Below, piece by piece: positions 50,433 through 62,318 of a stretch of 64,000 nucleotides of DNA (position 1 is the first letter of the stretch; every line of letters starts with the position of its first letter). Below the pieces are notes generated by a model. It worked only from the letters and a program-made list of their open reading frames with translations, was not told the origin of the DNA and ran no database searches. The DNA lies in assembly GCA_030390025.1 (NCBI GenBank), contig CM059432.1, positions 136,650,001 through 136,714,000 on the forward strand. The letters are read 5' to 3'. The DNA is from Squalus acanthias (taxonomy: Eukaryota). The position numbers and the translations under genes are program-made.

Positions 50433-50650
50433 GAATTTTGAAAAGACATTTGTGTTATGTTTAAAGGGTTTTTGGTTATATATCTGATGCAATAAAAATT
50501 GCCTGAAAGTTCCTGCAGTTGTTTCGTTGGTGCATGCACTGCCTGATGCAAAACTGAGCCACACAGATCAGGACGGTTCCAGGTTTGATCAGCCATTGAA
50601 TGGCGGAACAGGCTCGAGGGGCTGAATGGCCTCCTCCTGTCCCTATGCTC
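50433..50650 (-). repeat. Inverted duplicate of 54646-54873
   Basis: Reverse complement is nearly identical over ~220 bp, including non-TE-looking sequence. Confidence 0.9.
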
Positions 50651-50761
50651 CAAGTCGTGCTCTGTTTGTAAACTTCACACAGGCATTACAATGGCCTTAT
50701 GGCGCGTGCACTAGTAAGGAAGATTAGAGTTTACGGCAAAGAGAATTTCGTTTTCGATAAT

Positions 50762-51485
50762 GGGCCAGAAATTCGGCTGTTGTCGGGTGAGTACGCACTG
50801 TGTACTCACCCGTAAGAACACCTGAAGTGCCGGTTTCCTGCATGAACTTCCGTTCCCCTGAAGGGAGAGGTTCAGAAGTCGAACACGTGCGCGGGAGAGG
50901 CTGTGCGCATGCAGCGAACTTAGTTTTTTTTTCAGGTTTCTCCGGGAAGGTAAGTTTGGAGAAGCTGCACTTTTAAAAAGGAGGCGCAAGGTAAGTGGTT
51001 AATTAATTACAATTTAAACATTTTTTCAACAGGTTTATCTTTTTTAGATACTTTAAAGAAAGGTAAGTTTATTTTTAGCACCGTTAAAAAGTATAATTCA
51101 TTTTTTCAAAAATTTAAATTTTTGTTTAAAGTAGTTAATTTATGTAACTTATAGTTATTTTAAAAATGTGATGCTTTTTTAAAAATTTATTTGAAGTTTA
51201 AGTGTGGTTTTGGGGCTGATCTCTATTCATAGATTTGACAGGTCTTCCTGTCAAATCTATGAATGAAAATGCCCTGCTAGGATTGGCTCTCCATGGCCCA
51301 CATGATCCCAGGGGACGCTTCGAACTAACTGCGCCCCTGGGATACACAAGCACTGCGCGCCGGCAGCTGGAGGAGGCCCAGGACCCGAAGTCCTCGTGGG
51401 CCCAAAGCACAACTGCAGGCGCGGTAGGCAAGTACGCGCGCGATGCTTGCACCCGCAGGAAGCCGGAAAGCTGAATTTCTGGCCC
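50762..51485 (-). mobile_element. MITE with AAT TSD (family of 20948)
   Basis: AAT|GGGCCAGAAATTCGGCT ... AGCTGAATTTCTGGCCC|AAT. Confidence 0.85.
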
Positions 51486-54042
51486 AATATTTCTAGTTGC
51501 GAGCAACAAAAGCACCATGCAACAATTACAAATGTGGTTGCACTTTATAAGTTTGCCAGTAAGGTAATTTTTCAGCATAGTGCTACTGACAGCCAGAAGT
51601 TAAAAGTCCTTTTCATGTACTGTTCCCATTTGGATAACATTGGACGCATCAGATGATAATGGAATCCAGGCTGACTAAGTTCCTCTTTTCTAATTTGTAA
51701 GGGTGAGATATTTCACATGCTATCAACAACAAATCGTCATTAGACAAATTTGTTCATATTTTTTTTGCGAAAATTTAGCTTCTCTTGATTTAGATTTTTT
51801 TTAAGATCCGGGAAAGGGCACGTTCAAAGTCAACAACAATTTAAATCAGATTAATGCTGCTAATTGGTTATGATTTAATCCACTGTTTATTGGTCACTGC
51901 TGGATTTATTTTGCACTAAATTATGATTTGGTTTATTGAAATAAGCACTAAAGAGAAATGTTCTGGAGTGTTTACCAAGCACATTCTGACGTAGCGCTTA
52001 CCCAAGATTCTGAAATGGTGGCTGGTATTTTTTGAAGTTTTTTTTTGATGGTTTTCACCATTATTTCACCTAAAGAAATCTGCTTTTCATTTGTGTTTCT
52101 TAAACTATAATCATAAGTGATACTTCTGATAATCTCTTTAGTGCTAATTATCAATGATGAAACCACCCACTACAAGAGGAGAATCGTCATATTAGGCCCA
52201 AACTACTCAAGGCCTAGGCTTTCGAATATGGACACAGCCAAAATGCACATGGTTACTAACCAGAAGCATCAATTATGGGTAAAATCATGAGCAGAAGAGT
52301 ATTGAATTTGACCTTTGGTATATCTTGAACTTTGTAATAAAGATAGCTATGAGATATTAAAAAAAGCTTTTTTTATTCCTTTTTAGCTTTTAAAATACCA
52401 TCTGTCCATACTGGATTTTGGTAGAACTGGATTTTTCTAAATATAATTGAGTCAGAAAAAAAGGATCCATTGAACCAAACAAAAGTAGCTAACTTATTCC
52501 ACTGATAGACAGGAATGCAATTGTTAGGATAGAAATAGTTTTGATTTTGTTCTCAGTCAGCTCTTTCACCAGCCCAGATTTATACAATATCTAGCTTTGA
52601 ACCGAATCGAACGGAGGAAACCATCAAATTGGTTCGCGACGCTCTGTGTAATCAATGAAAGAGAGCCATATGGCGTTCTGTGAATGAAGGATACACACAT
52701 CAAACGCGCATCAGAACAGTTGCTTCTAAAATTTCAAGCAGACTTTGAAATAATAAGCGCAAGCCAAATGTAAACACCTTTTTTTTTTTATCATCGCCAG
52801 ATTTTGAGCACTTAATGATAATAGCTTTTGCATAAATAAAACCCATCAGTCAAGGAGCGTGAACGCAACTGTTCAATAGATTGTAAATGACTGTGGTGGC
52901 TCTCAGCAAGTTTATACTAAATCCCAAGAAAGCAGACATATCATATGATGAATCATTAGTGCGCCCTTAAAAGATAAGCTTAGAAAACACGGAGAATAGA
53001 ACATAGAAATGGCTGTATCGCAATTCAGCTTTCGGTTCAAATATAACAAATCTATTTGCCCAAAATTTAAACAATCGGTAAAGTGTGGCAGTGATTTACC
53101 GAGACCATAGATTTATTTTGTTCATTTATGAACCATTTCTTCAGATCAGAGCTCCAGTAATGTGGCTCCTTTATAGTTTTAAGGTCACAGTGACAGCAAT
53201 ATTCAGTTTTCCTTTTGCACTAATTAGCACTAAAATCAACCTTTAATTCGCTTTCAGTGCCCATTGATTACTGTTATGCCATTATGCTAAAGCCGCATAA
53301 TGAGGCATGGGTTATAGATCGGAAAAACCTAGTGCGTGGAGCACTTGCATTTCATAGCTGATGGATGTCATAATCTGCAAACGGCCTCTTGCTCCTTTTA
53401 ATTTCCAATATTTGACGTAAATTGTGCAGCCAGCAGCATCTCAAAAAAAGAACATTCAAAGCCTGCTCGTATCATTTAGCCCTTTGGGGATCTGAAATTC
53501 TGCGCAACTTTATAAAATGAGACATTTCAATTGCAGGATATCCAAATTTATAATGCAAAATAGAGGGTAGAATTATACGGCAATTAAAGCCATAGCTTCG
53601 TTAGCAGTCTATATACTAATATTGGAATGATACAATTTTTTAAGTCTGCATTTTGAACGCAAGGGCTGTATGACGGGATATTGCACAGATGTTTGCAGTT
53701 TGCTAATTAGGGCACCAAACTGTGCTTGAACTATGCAGATGCACCAAAACCAGGTCCTTCGGTGTTTACAGCCAAGAATCCATCTGCAATAGCATTCTGT
53801 ATAACATTTTTCACAGCCCTTTCACATTTTAAACCTGGTCAATACTTAATTACAGCAATTTTCTCAATGCAATCAGTGGTTGCACAATTAAATCGGCAAT
53901 ATCCTGTATTATAGAGAAACACCATGATTGGTTTGCGTCAAGCATTTTATCATCATTTCACACGCCATAATGTGCAAAAAAAAAAGTTTCAGCAGAATGG
54001 AGCGGAACTGTCATGTTTCCCAAAATGTATCATCCTTTCTCT

Positions 54043-54432
54043 ACCACTCCAGAGACTTGAGCACAAAATCTGGGCTGACACTCCAGCGCAGTACCAAGCA
54101 AGTGCTGTACTTTCAGACGAGACGTTAAACCGAGGCCCCGTCAGCCCACTCAGGTGGACGTAAAAGATCCCACGGCACTATTTCGAAGAAGAGCAGAGGA
54201 GTTATCCCCGGTGTCCTGTCCAATATTTATCTCTCAATCAGCATCACTAAAACAGATTATCTGGTCATTATCACATTGCTGTTTGTGGGAGCTTGCTGTG
54301 CGCAAATTGGCTGCCACTTTACCTACATTACCACAGTGACTACACTTCAAAAAAGTACTTCATTGGTTGTAAAGCACTTTGGGACATCCTGAGGTCATGA
54401 AAGGCGCGGTATAAATGCAAGTCTTTCTTTTT
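54043..54432 (+). mobile_element. SacSINE1-type SINE, 5'-truncated
   Basis: Body and tail match the other copies. Confidence 0.88.
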
Positions 54433-54904
54433 TTTTATTAGTATCTTGAGTCAGTCTGTTGGTGTCAGCCTATATGACTGAAAGGAGGAAGCCTACCCTC
54501 ACCCAACATCAACAGGAGTCACTGGAGAGTTATTAGGAGTAGAAACCCTGGCTGATTTTTCCTTTCCCTGGTCCAGGAGAGCTGAAGCCAAGTGTAATGT
54601 GCAACTGTCACCCTAGCTGGGGTCAGCTAACTCAGTACAGACTGGGGAACATAGGAACAGGAGGAGGCCATTCAGCCCCTCGAGACTGTGCCACCATTCA
54701 ACTCGATCGTGGCTGATCAAACCTGGAACCGTCCTGATCTGTGTGGCTCAGTTTTGCATCAGGCAGTGCAGGCACCAACGAAACAACTGCAGGAACTTTT
54801 AGGCAATTTTTATTGCATCAAATATATAACCAAAAGCCCTTTAAACATAACACAAATGTCTTTTCAAAATTCTCACCTCAAGGGAGGTCAGCAAAGTAAA
54901 CTTG

Positions 54905-55396
54905 AACAACAACAACTTGTATCTATATAGCGTCTTTAACATAGTAAAACGTCCCAAGGCGTTATAAAACAAAATTTGACACCAAGGAGATATTAGGACA
55001 AAGAGGTAGGTTTTAAGGAGCGTCTGAAAGGAGGAGAGAGAGGCGGAGAGGTTTAGGGGGGGAATTCCAGAGCTTAGGGCCTGGGCAGCTGTTGGCACGG
55101 CCGCCAATGATGGAGCGATTAAAATCGGGGATGCACAAGAGGCCAGAATTGGAGGAGCACAGAGATCTCGGAGGGTTGCAGGGCTGGAGGTGGTTACAGA
55201 GATGGGGGCAAGGCCATGGAGGGATTTGAAAACAAGAATGAGAATTTGGGATTTGAAAACAAGAATGAGAATTTTAAAATCGAGGAGTTGCTTAACTGGG
55301 AGCCAATGTAGGTCAGCGAGCACAGGCATGTAACAAAGGCATGGAAGGGGGTTCCAGCAACAGATGAGCTGAAGCAGGGCCGGAGTTGGGTGATGC
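54905..55396 (-). mobile_element. L2 3' fragment
   Basis: VLADLHWLPVKQ..DFKILILVFKS, with a ~26-bp internal duplication. Confidence 0.85.
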
Positions 55397-55714
55397 AAAA
55401 TGAACGACGCAAAATAAATAGTGCGTTGCTCTACTAGTCTTGGCAGGTATAAAAGAATAAACTATTTCAATTTGCCACAGACAGCTAGCAGGAAAGAGGC
55501 TACAGTGGCCATGACAGTGAACTCAGTAATCTGCCTCGGTGAGGGTTAAGTGATGGAATTCAGGTGTGCTGTCCCAGACATAATCATCCTCAAAGAGTAA
55601 ATTCTTCTTCTTCCATGAATTTTCAAAGCTAATAGTGATGGGTGGCAAGCAATTAAAGCTGATCAATATGTCATTTAGGGTGGGTTGACATGCTTTTAAA
55701 TTCCCTGTATCGAG

Positions 55715-56145
55715 ATTGAACAGGCTAGAGCTCTTTTCTCTAGAAAAGAGTAGGCTGAGACTTGACCTGATCGAGGTCCTTAAGATTATGAAAGGGTTCG
55801 ATAGGGTAGACCTAGAGATGTTTCCACTTGTAGGGGAGACCAAAACTAGGGGCCATATATAAATATATGTCACTAATAAATTCAGCAGGGAATTCAGGAG
55901 AAACTTCTTTACCCAGAGAATGGTGGGAATGTGGAACTAGCTCCTGCAAGGAACAGTTGAGGCGAATAGCATCGATGCAGTTAAGGGGTAGCTAGGGTAA
56001 ACACATGCGGGAGAAAGGAATCGAAGATGATGCTGATAGGGTTGGATGGAGAGGGGTGGGAGGAGGCTTGTGTGGAGCATAAACACCAGCATGGAGCAGT
56101 TGGGCCGAATGACTTGTTTCTGTGATATACATTCTATGTAATTCT
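55715..56145 (+). mobile_element. CR1 3' fragment
   Basis: LFSLEKSRLRLDLIEV...RNFFTQRMVGMWN and 3' UTR. Confidence 0.8.
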
Positions 56146-56738
56146 GTGTACTCTTCCAATAAAGTAAGTGTTCAGTGCAGTATTCTATTCTTACCAGGCC
56201 TGGCTCTTGTCCCACTACCATACACTCAGTATGAAATACTGAATTTAATAAGCACTCACTGGAGTTTTATACTTTTCTATATCTACTAACTGAGGAGATA
56301 TAGTATGCAATTGCATGTCTATTTATTCCTTTGATCAATATAATAAGAAATAAAAACAAGATTGACTTATGGTTGGCTTCCATTTATAAGTCGTTACTGT
56401 GGTAAACGGCATGTATTTCAGGAGCAATTTATGAATGCAGTGCAATTACAATATAACGTCTCGTTTGAAAATGAAAAACAAAACAGAAAACTTCCAACCT
56501 GTGATATTTGCCTTACTTTGACTAATCTCTGTACAATAGAGAATATGAAACATCCCAGCATCAGATAATTTATATATAAATATTTTATAGAAATTGTAAC
56601 TGATTAATTGTAAAGTTTTTTTTTCCTTATCACTTTTCTTAATAACTTCAATAACAAACACTGAATTTTCCCCACTTTTCCATCACTTTTTGTTTTTAAT
56701 TGAGAAATCAGATGGAAGGCCCAAAGCCAATAATTCAG

Positions 56739-57435
56739 TGCTTCCGATATGTCTTCCTTTTTCCTCAACTGAGGAGTCCCCTCCACCGTGGTTGACAGGG
56801 CCTTCGACCGTATCGGTTCCATTTCCCGCACTTCTGCTCTCACCCCTTCCCCTCCCCCCCCCCAGAACCATGATAGGGTTCCCCTTGTCCTCACCTTTCA
56901 CCCCACCAGCCTACACATTCAACGGATCATCCTCCGCCAATCCCACCACCTCCAGCGTGATCCCACCACCAAACACATCTCCCCCTCCCCTTTCAGCATT
57001 CCGAAGGGACCGTTCCCTCCGCTACACCCTGGCACTTCACAGTCTTCCGGAATCAACATTGAGTTCAACAATTTCAGATCATAACCTCTGCCCCCATTTT
57101 TACGGACAGCAAGTGCTGATTTTGCTATTCCCATTCATACCTCTTCTTGACCCATCTTTTGTTTCTTTACTTGTCCCATTACCACCCCCTTTTGCCTCAC
57201 ACCATCATCCCTTTTGTTGTTTAATCTCTCCTGCCTTCCACCGTATCACAGACCTTCCCTTTTGTTGTGTCCTCCCCTCCCCCTTTCCCTGCCCCTGCAC
57301 GTGCTTAAAGCCTGTTGCATCTCTAACTTTTTCCAGTTCTGACGAAGGGTCGTCGACCTGAAACGTTAACTCTGTTTCTCTCTCTCCACAGATGCTGCCT
57401 GACCTGCCGAGTATTTCCAGCATTTTCTGTTTTTC
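56739..57435 (+). mobile_element. Penelope-like fragment with internal deletion
   Basis: DRVPLVLTFHP...IQRIILR...AFRRDRSLR (linker between RT and GIY-YIG) joined to SGINIEFNNFRS, then the terminal repeat. Confidence 0.85.
57334..57374 (+). ncRNA. Minimal hammerhead ribozyme motif
   Basis: CAGTT-CTGACGA-AGGGTC-GTC-GACCT-GAAA-CGTTA-ACTCTG. Confidence 0.75.
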
Positions 57436-57449
57436 TGGAAAGAGTCCAA

Positions 57450-58342
57450 GGGGGAAAAATTCAGTTGGTTGCGCCTCCCATTAGCGCCTTAAGAGGGCGC
57501 TAATGGGGCGCAAAGCAGCTAGCGCCCGGGCGTGGCGATGTTTGTGTCGCTCGCGAAATTAACTAGACATTTTGCGGCGGCACTAAACACTACCGCCACG
57601 ATCTCCTGCGCCGGCAGATCATGACGTCAGTCGAGTGCGCAATGCCCCGGTAGCGCACCGGAGCGGATATTGAGTGGCGCCCCCTGCCTTACCGCCTGCC
57701 GCTAGCAACGACAGGTTGAGGGGAGCGTTTTGCAGTCAGGAAGGGACTGAGGGAGCGCTATTTAAAGGCGACCGCTTCCTGCCTTTTATTGTTGTTGATA
57801 TTTTGGAACCACGCATTCTGAGAGAGTGAGAGAGAGACTTCTGGAGAGATTCAACGCTGTGTGAAGGAGTTTTGGGTACTGAGCAGCACTTTGCAGGTTC
57901 ATTTTGATTTGCCCTTCCTTTTATCGATTTAGAAGAGACTGTGGGGGCTGCACGCTGAGCTCTTTCCCTGGTACTCTTCATTGTTCTTTCCAGCAGATTT
58001 GATGTACAGTTCTCTCCAGCCCGAGATTCAAGTTTGCAATGAGCAGGATGTGGATGGAAAGCAAGATCAACCCTCCCCTTTAAGAACTGGCCGGCGCCAT
58101 TGTGTGTGTGTTCCATTGCTGACTGACATCACATGAGCTTCGCCAGCGCTCTGAGGTAGCGCCTTGCTCCTCGGCCTTTGCGCCTTAAGACAGTTGTGAA
58201 GCGCCTGATTTAGCGCTCCAATCACCTCCAGGGGCGATAAAAGTCAAGTTTGCAGTCGGAGGCGATAATTAGCGACAGGCGCTAATCTTTGTGCCCGGCC
58301 GATAATTGCGCCCCAAATGGGGCGATACTGATTTTCTCCCCC
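57450..58342 (+). mobile_element. Harbinger non-autonomous deletion derivative, family B
   Basis: Close paralog of 47986-48868 with the same TIRs. Confidence 0.92.
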
Positions 58343-58353
58343 ATAGAGTCATA

Positions 58354-59123
58354 GGGCTGGATTTTGTCTTGGGGTCGGGTTGGGGTCGTGTCATCCGCAT
58401 TTCGTGGTTCCCCCCCGACTCCAGATTAATGTGGATGAATGATGCAATTTTCACTTAATTGGGCAATTGAGTTCCAGCATGTGGGAACCCATGAACTAAT
58501 TAGTGTTTTCAGTCTGAAAGTCGCCTCTGATGATGTCATCATTGCTGACTGCCTAGTCTCAGAGACTGTTGGTGAGAGAGGACCTGCGTGGCTTGCTTTT
58601 GATGTGAGTGGACCTGGATGCAAAAATGGGGGGGGGGGGGGGGAGAGAGAGAGAGAGAGAGAATTTTTTTGCATCCAAGTCCTCTCACAGCAAAGGCCAG
58701 GCAGTCTCTGAACACATTCAATGCAGCAGCATCAGAGGCAACTTTCAGACCTAATACTACTACTACCTTCATCACATCTCCGTTGTAATAGTGGACCTGC
58801 AGCTCATAGTCAGCTATCCACTTGTGCTCCCACCAGGTTTCACTGGAGTGTTTCACACCAGGCGTACTTCACGTCAGAAAAGGGTTAAACTAGCTAAAAC
58901 ATTTCAAAATGGCATTACAGAGCCAATTTAGCTCTTGTTAAGGGCTTTAATGGCCTCTCCCGCCTCTTGGAGGCGGGACGGAGTCGGGAACCCCACGACT
59001 GATTTTGTCAAAATTGCGTGGAGGCGGGATGGAGTCGGGATGGGGTCGGGACCCCTGACACCACAAATTTAACCCCCCACACGCCTCCAAACCCGACTCC
59101 ATGGGTCATTCAACATCCAGCCC
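58354..59123. mobile_element. Harbinger-type MITE with ATA TSD
   Basis: ATA|GGGCTGGATTTT ... AACATCCAGCCC|ATA, inserted in the CATAGAGT tail repeat of the adjacent CR1. Confidence 0.78.
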
Positions 59124-60195
59124 ATAGAGTTATACAGCACAGAAAGAGGCCCTTCAGCCCATCGTGTCCACGCCGGCCATCAAGTCCTGTCTATTCCAAT
59201 CCCATTTTCCAGCACTTGGTCCGTAGCCTTGTATGCTATGGCGTTTCAAGTGCTCATCTAAATGCTTCTTGAATGTTGTGAGGGTTCCTGCCTCTACCAC
59301 CCTTTCAGGCAGTGAGTTCCAGATTCCAACCACCCTCTGGGTGAAAATGTTTTTCCTCAAATCCCCTCTAAACCTCCTGCCCCTTACCTTGAAACTATGC
59401 CCACTGGTTATTGACCCCTCTACCAGGGGGAAAAGTTCCTTTCTATCTACCCTATCTATGCCCCTCATAATTTTGTACACCTCAATAAGGTCCCCCCTCA
59501 GCCTTCTCTGCTCTAAGGCAAAGAACCCCAGCCTGTCCAGTCTCTCTTCATAGCTGAAGCGCTCCAGCCCAGGTAACATCCTGGTGAATCTCCTCTGCAC
59601 CCTCTCCAATGCAATCACATCCTTCCTATAGTGTGGCGACCAGAACTGCACACAGTATTCCAGCTGTGGCCTAACTAGCATTTTGTACAGCTCCATCATA
59701 ACCTCCCTGCTCTTATATTCTATGCCTCGACTAATGAAGGCAAGTATCCCATATGCCTTTTTAACCACCTTATCTACCTGTCCTGCTGCCTTCAGGGATC
59801 TATGTACATGCACACCAAGGTCCCTCTGATCCTCTGTCCTTCCTAGGGTCCTACCATTCATTGTGTATTCCCTTGCCTTGTTAGTCCTCCCAAAATGCAT
59901 CACCTCACACTTTTCAGGGTTAAATTCCATTTGCCACTGTTCTGCCCATCTGACCAACCCGTCTAAATCGTCCTGTAGCCTGAGGCTTCCTTCCTCGCTA
60001 TTTACCACTCCACCAATTTTCGTGTCATCTGCGAACTTACTGATCATACCTCCTACATTCATATCTAAATCATTAATGTACACTACAAACAGCAAAGGAC
60101 CCAGCACCGATCCCTGCGGTACACCAGTGGACACCGGCTTCCAGTCACAAAAACAACCTTCGACCATCACCCTCTGCCTCCTGCCACTAAGCCAC
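59124..60195 (-). mobile_element. Young 5'-truncated CR1; 338-aa uninterrupted RT/C-terminal ORF (59154-60170)
   Basis: GVPQGSVLGP, KFADDTK, KCEVMHFG, YCVQFWSP, RRLRGDLIEVYK, FTQRVVGIWNSLP. Confidence 0.93.
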
Positions 60196-60406
60196 TAAGA
60201 GTTAAAAGAGATAAAGTAAATGAGGAAGTAGCGACACCAAACTGGGTTTTAAATCCTGAAGGGTGCGGGAGGAAGGATAGACTGAGGGAGTTAAGGAGTC
60301 CTACTGTTTAATGGTCGTGTGAAAAAATAAACTAGAATAGGACAACGTGTAATGAACCTGGATTTCAAGATAATGAGGATAAAGGGAGGTGGAAGAACTT
60401 ACAGAT

Positions 60407-60685
60407 TAGGGTTGCCAACTCTGTTTGGACATAATCCTGGAGGTTTCATCGCATGACCTCTTGCCCCCAAACCGCCCGGCCCAGTCAAACAGCCTTTTTT
60501 ACTTATCTCCAATATTTTTATAAATAATAAACAAAAGTACTGAAGGAAAATGAAAAAATAACGCATAATTTTTTCCATGTCCCCGCCCCTATGATTTTTC
60601 TCCTGAGTTTCTCGCTGCAGTGTCCAGGAGATTAATCGTTCATTCCTGGAGAGTCCAGGACATTTCTGGAGGGTTGGCAACCCTA
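60407..60685. mobile_element. hAT-superfamily MITE
   Basis: 13-bp TIR TAGGGTTGCCAAC; 8-bp TSD TTACAGAT/TTACAGAC. Confidence 0.85.
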
Positions 60686-60864
60686 TTACAGACTGATGTA
60701 TTTACAAAAATCCAGAGAAGCACAATATTATTGATTAAAATCAGCGAGAGAGAGAGAAGAAGAAAGGTGCTGAGAGGACAAAGAGAGGAAGAGAGAGGAG
60801 AGAGAGAGAGGAGAGCGAAGGGTTACAGACTTTCTGTGCATCTCTTTCTGTGACAATACTGAAT

Positions 60865-61268
60865 AACATTTATATATCACCTTTAATATAGCAAAATATC
60901 CCAAATAACTTCTCAGTTGGGCTTCACACCTGATAATGAGTTGGAGGGAGGTTAAGGAAGGTGGCAGAAGATGTTGTTAACCAGGTTTTTCAAGGATGCT
61001 TTCGGAGGTAGGGAGAGAAGTAGGGAGAGAATTCCAGAAAAGGAACACGGTTGCTGAAGGCACGACTATTAATGGAAGAGTGAAGAAAGTGCAGTAATCC
61101 AGAGTTGGAAGAGAGAAGGGTCCTGGCAGTGACCTGGGACTGGAGAGGGTTGCAGAGGTAGGGAGGCGCGCAGCTGTGGTAGTATTGGAGGAGGCTTTTG
61201 ACATAGATGCAATGGGGAACAGGGAGCCAAGGATCAGGGTGATGTGCGAGTGGGATTTTGTGCGGGAC
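60865..61268 (-). mobile_element. Old degenerate L2 3' fragment
   Basis: Weak similarity to the other L2 ends (FWNSLP, SRTKSHSHIT). Confidence 0.5.
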
Positions 61269-61852
61269 AGCGGCCAGTGGAATTCGGAAGTGTGCCTGCC
61301 ATTTTGGGGCCTTAGGAGGTCACGTGGCACCTGAAAAATGGCTGCTACCTGACCCAATTTCTAGGCCTATAGTTCCATACTGCAATAATGGTTTTAAACA
61401 ATTAGGAAAGTTCTGCTGGTTCTTGATTAGCCCACTAGATGGAGCGCTGTGCGCTAGTGAAGTGTTCCATTTCAGTGGGAAGGACAAAGTGACAGAACCA
61501 GTGCAGACTGCTGAGGCAGTAGCCTCACAGCACTCCAATTGAGAAGTCCCTCGACCTGATGGTTCTACTCTCCTGGCTGAAAGAAGTGAACATGATAGGA
61601 ATCTAAAAAGGACAAAATATCATTTAAATTCAATCTTCCAGTTACTAGACGACCCTTTAAATATCAAACTGATCTTAGATTGCCCAGTGGACCATTGGAT
61701 TATTGTACAAACATGTTGTGCCAAGAGGTGGCCGGAGACAAATAGGATGTCTCCCCATCTGGATTTAAAACCAACAGTCTGATTTTTAAGGCCAGCTTCC
61801 AGTCGTTTTGCTAATCATAAGCTCGCCAGCAAAAGTCAATTCTCTTTGATTT

Positions 61853-62318
61853 CATCCAAAACTCTGCTGCCCGTGTCCTAACTCGCACCAAGTCCCGTTC
61901 ACATCATCACCCCTGTGCTTGCTGACCTGCATTGACTCCTTGTTTTCAAATCCCTCCGTGGCCTCGCCCCCTCTCTATCTCTGTAACCTCCTCCAGCCCT
62001 ACAACCCTCCGGGATCTCTGCGCTCCTCCAAGTCTGGCCTCTTGCGCATCCCCGATTTTAATCGCTCCACCATTGGCGGCCGTGCCTTCAGCTGCCTGGG
62101 CCCTATGCTCTGGAATTCCCTCCCTAAGCCTCTCCGCCTCTCTCTCTCCTCCTTTAAGACACTCCTTAAAAACTACCTCTTTGCCCAAGCTTTTGGTCAC
62201 CTGTCCTAATATCTCTTTATGTGGCTCGGTGTCAAATTTTGCTTGATAATCGCTGCTGTGACGAGCCTTGGGACGTTTTACTACATTAAAGGCACTATAG
62301 AAATGCAAGTTGTTGTTG
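61853..62318 (+). mobile_element. L2 3' fragment
   Basis: YLCNLLQPYNPPGSLRSS...GGRAFSCLGPMLWNSLP, (GTT)n tail. Confidence 0.88.
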
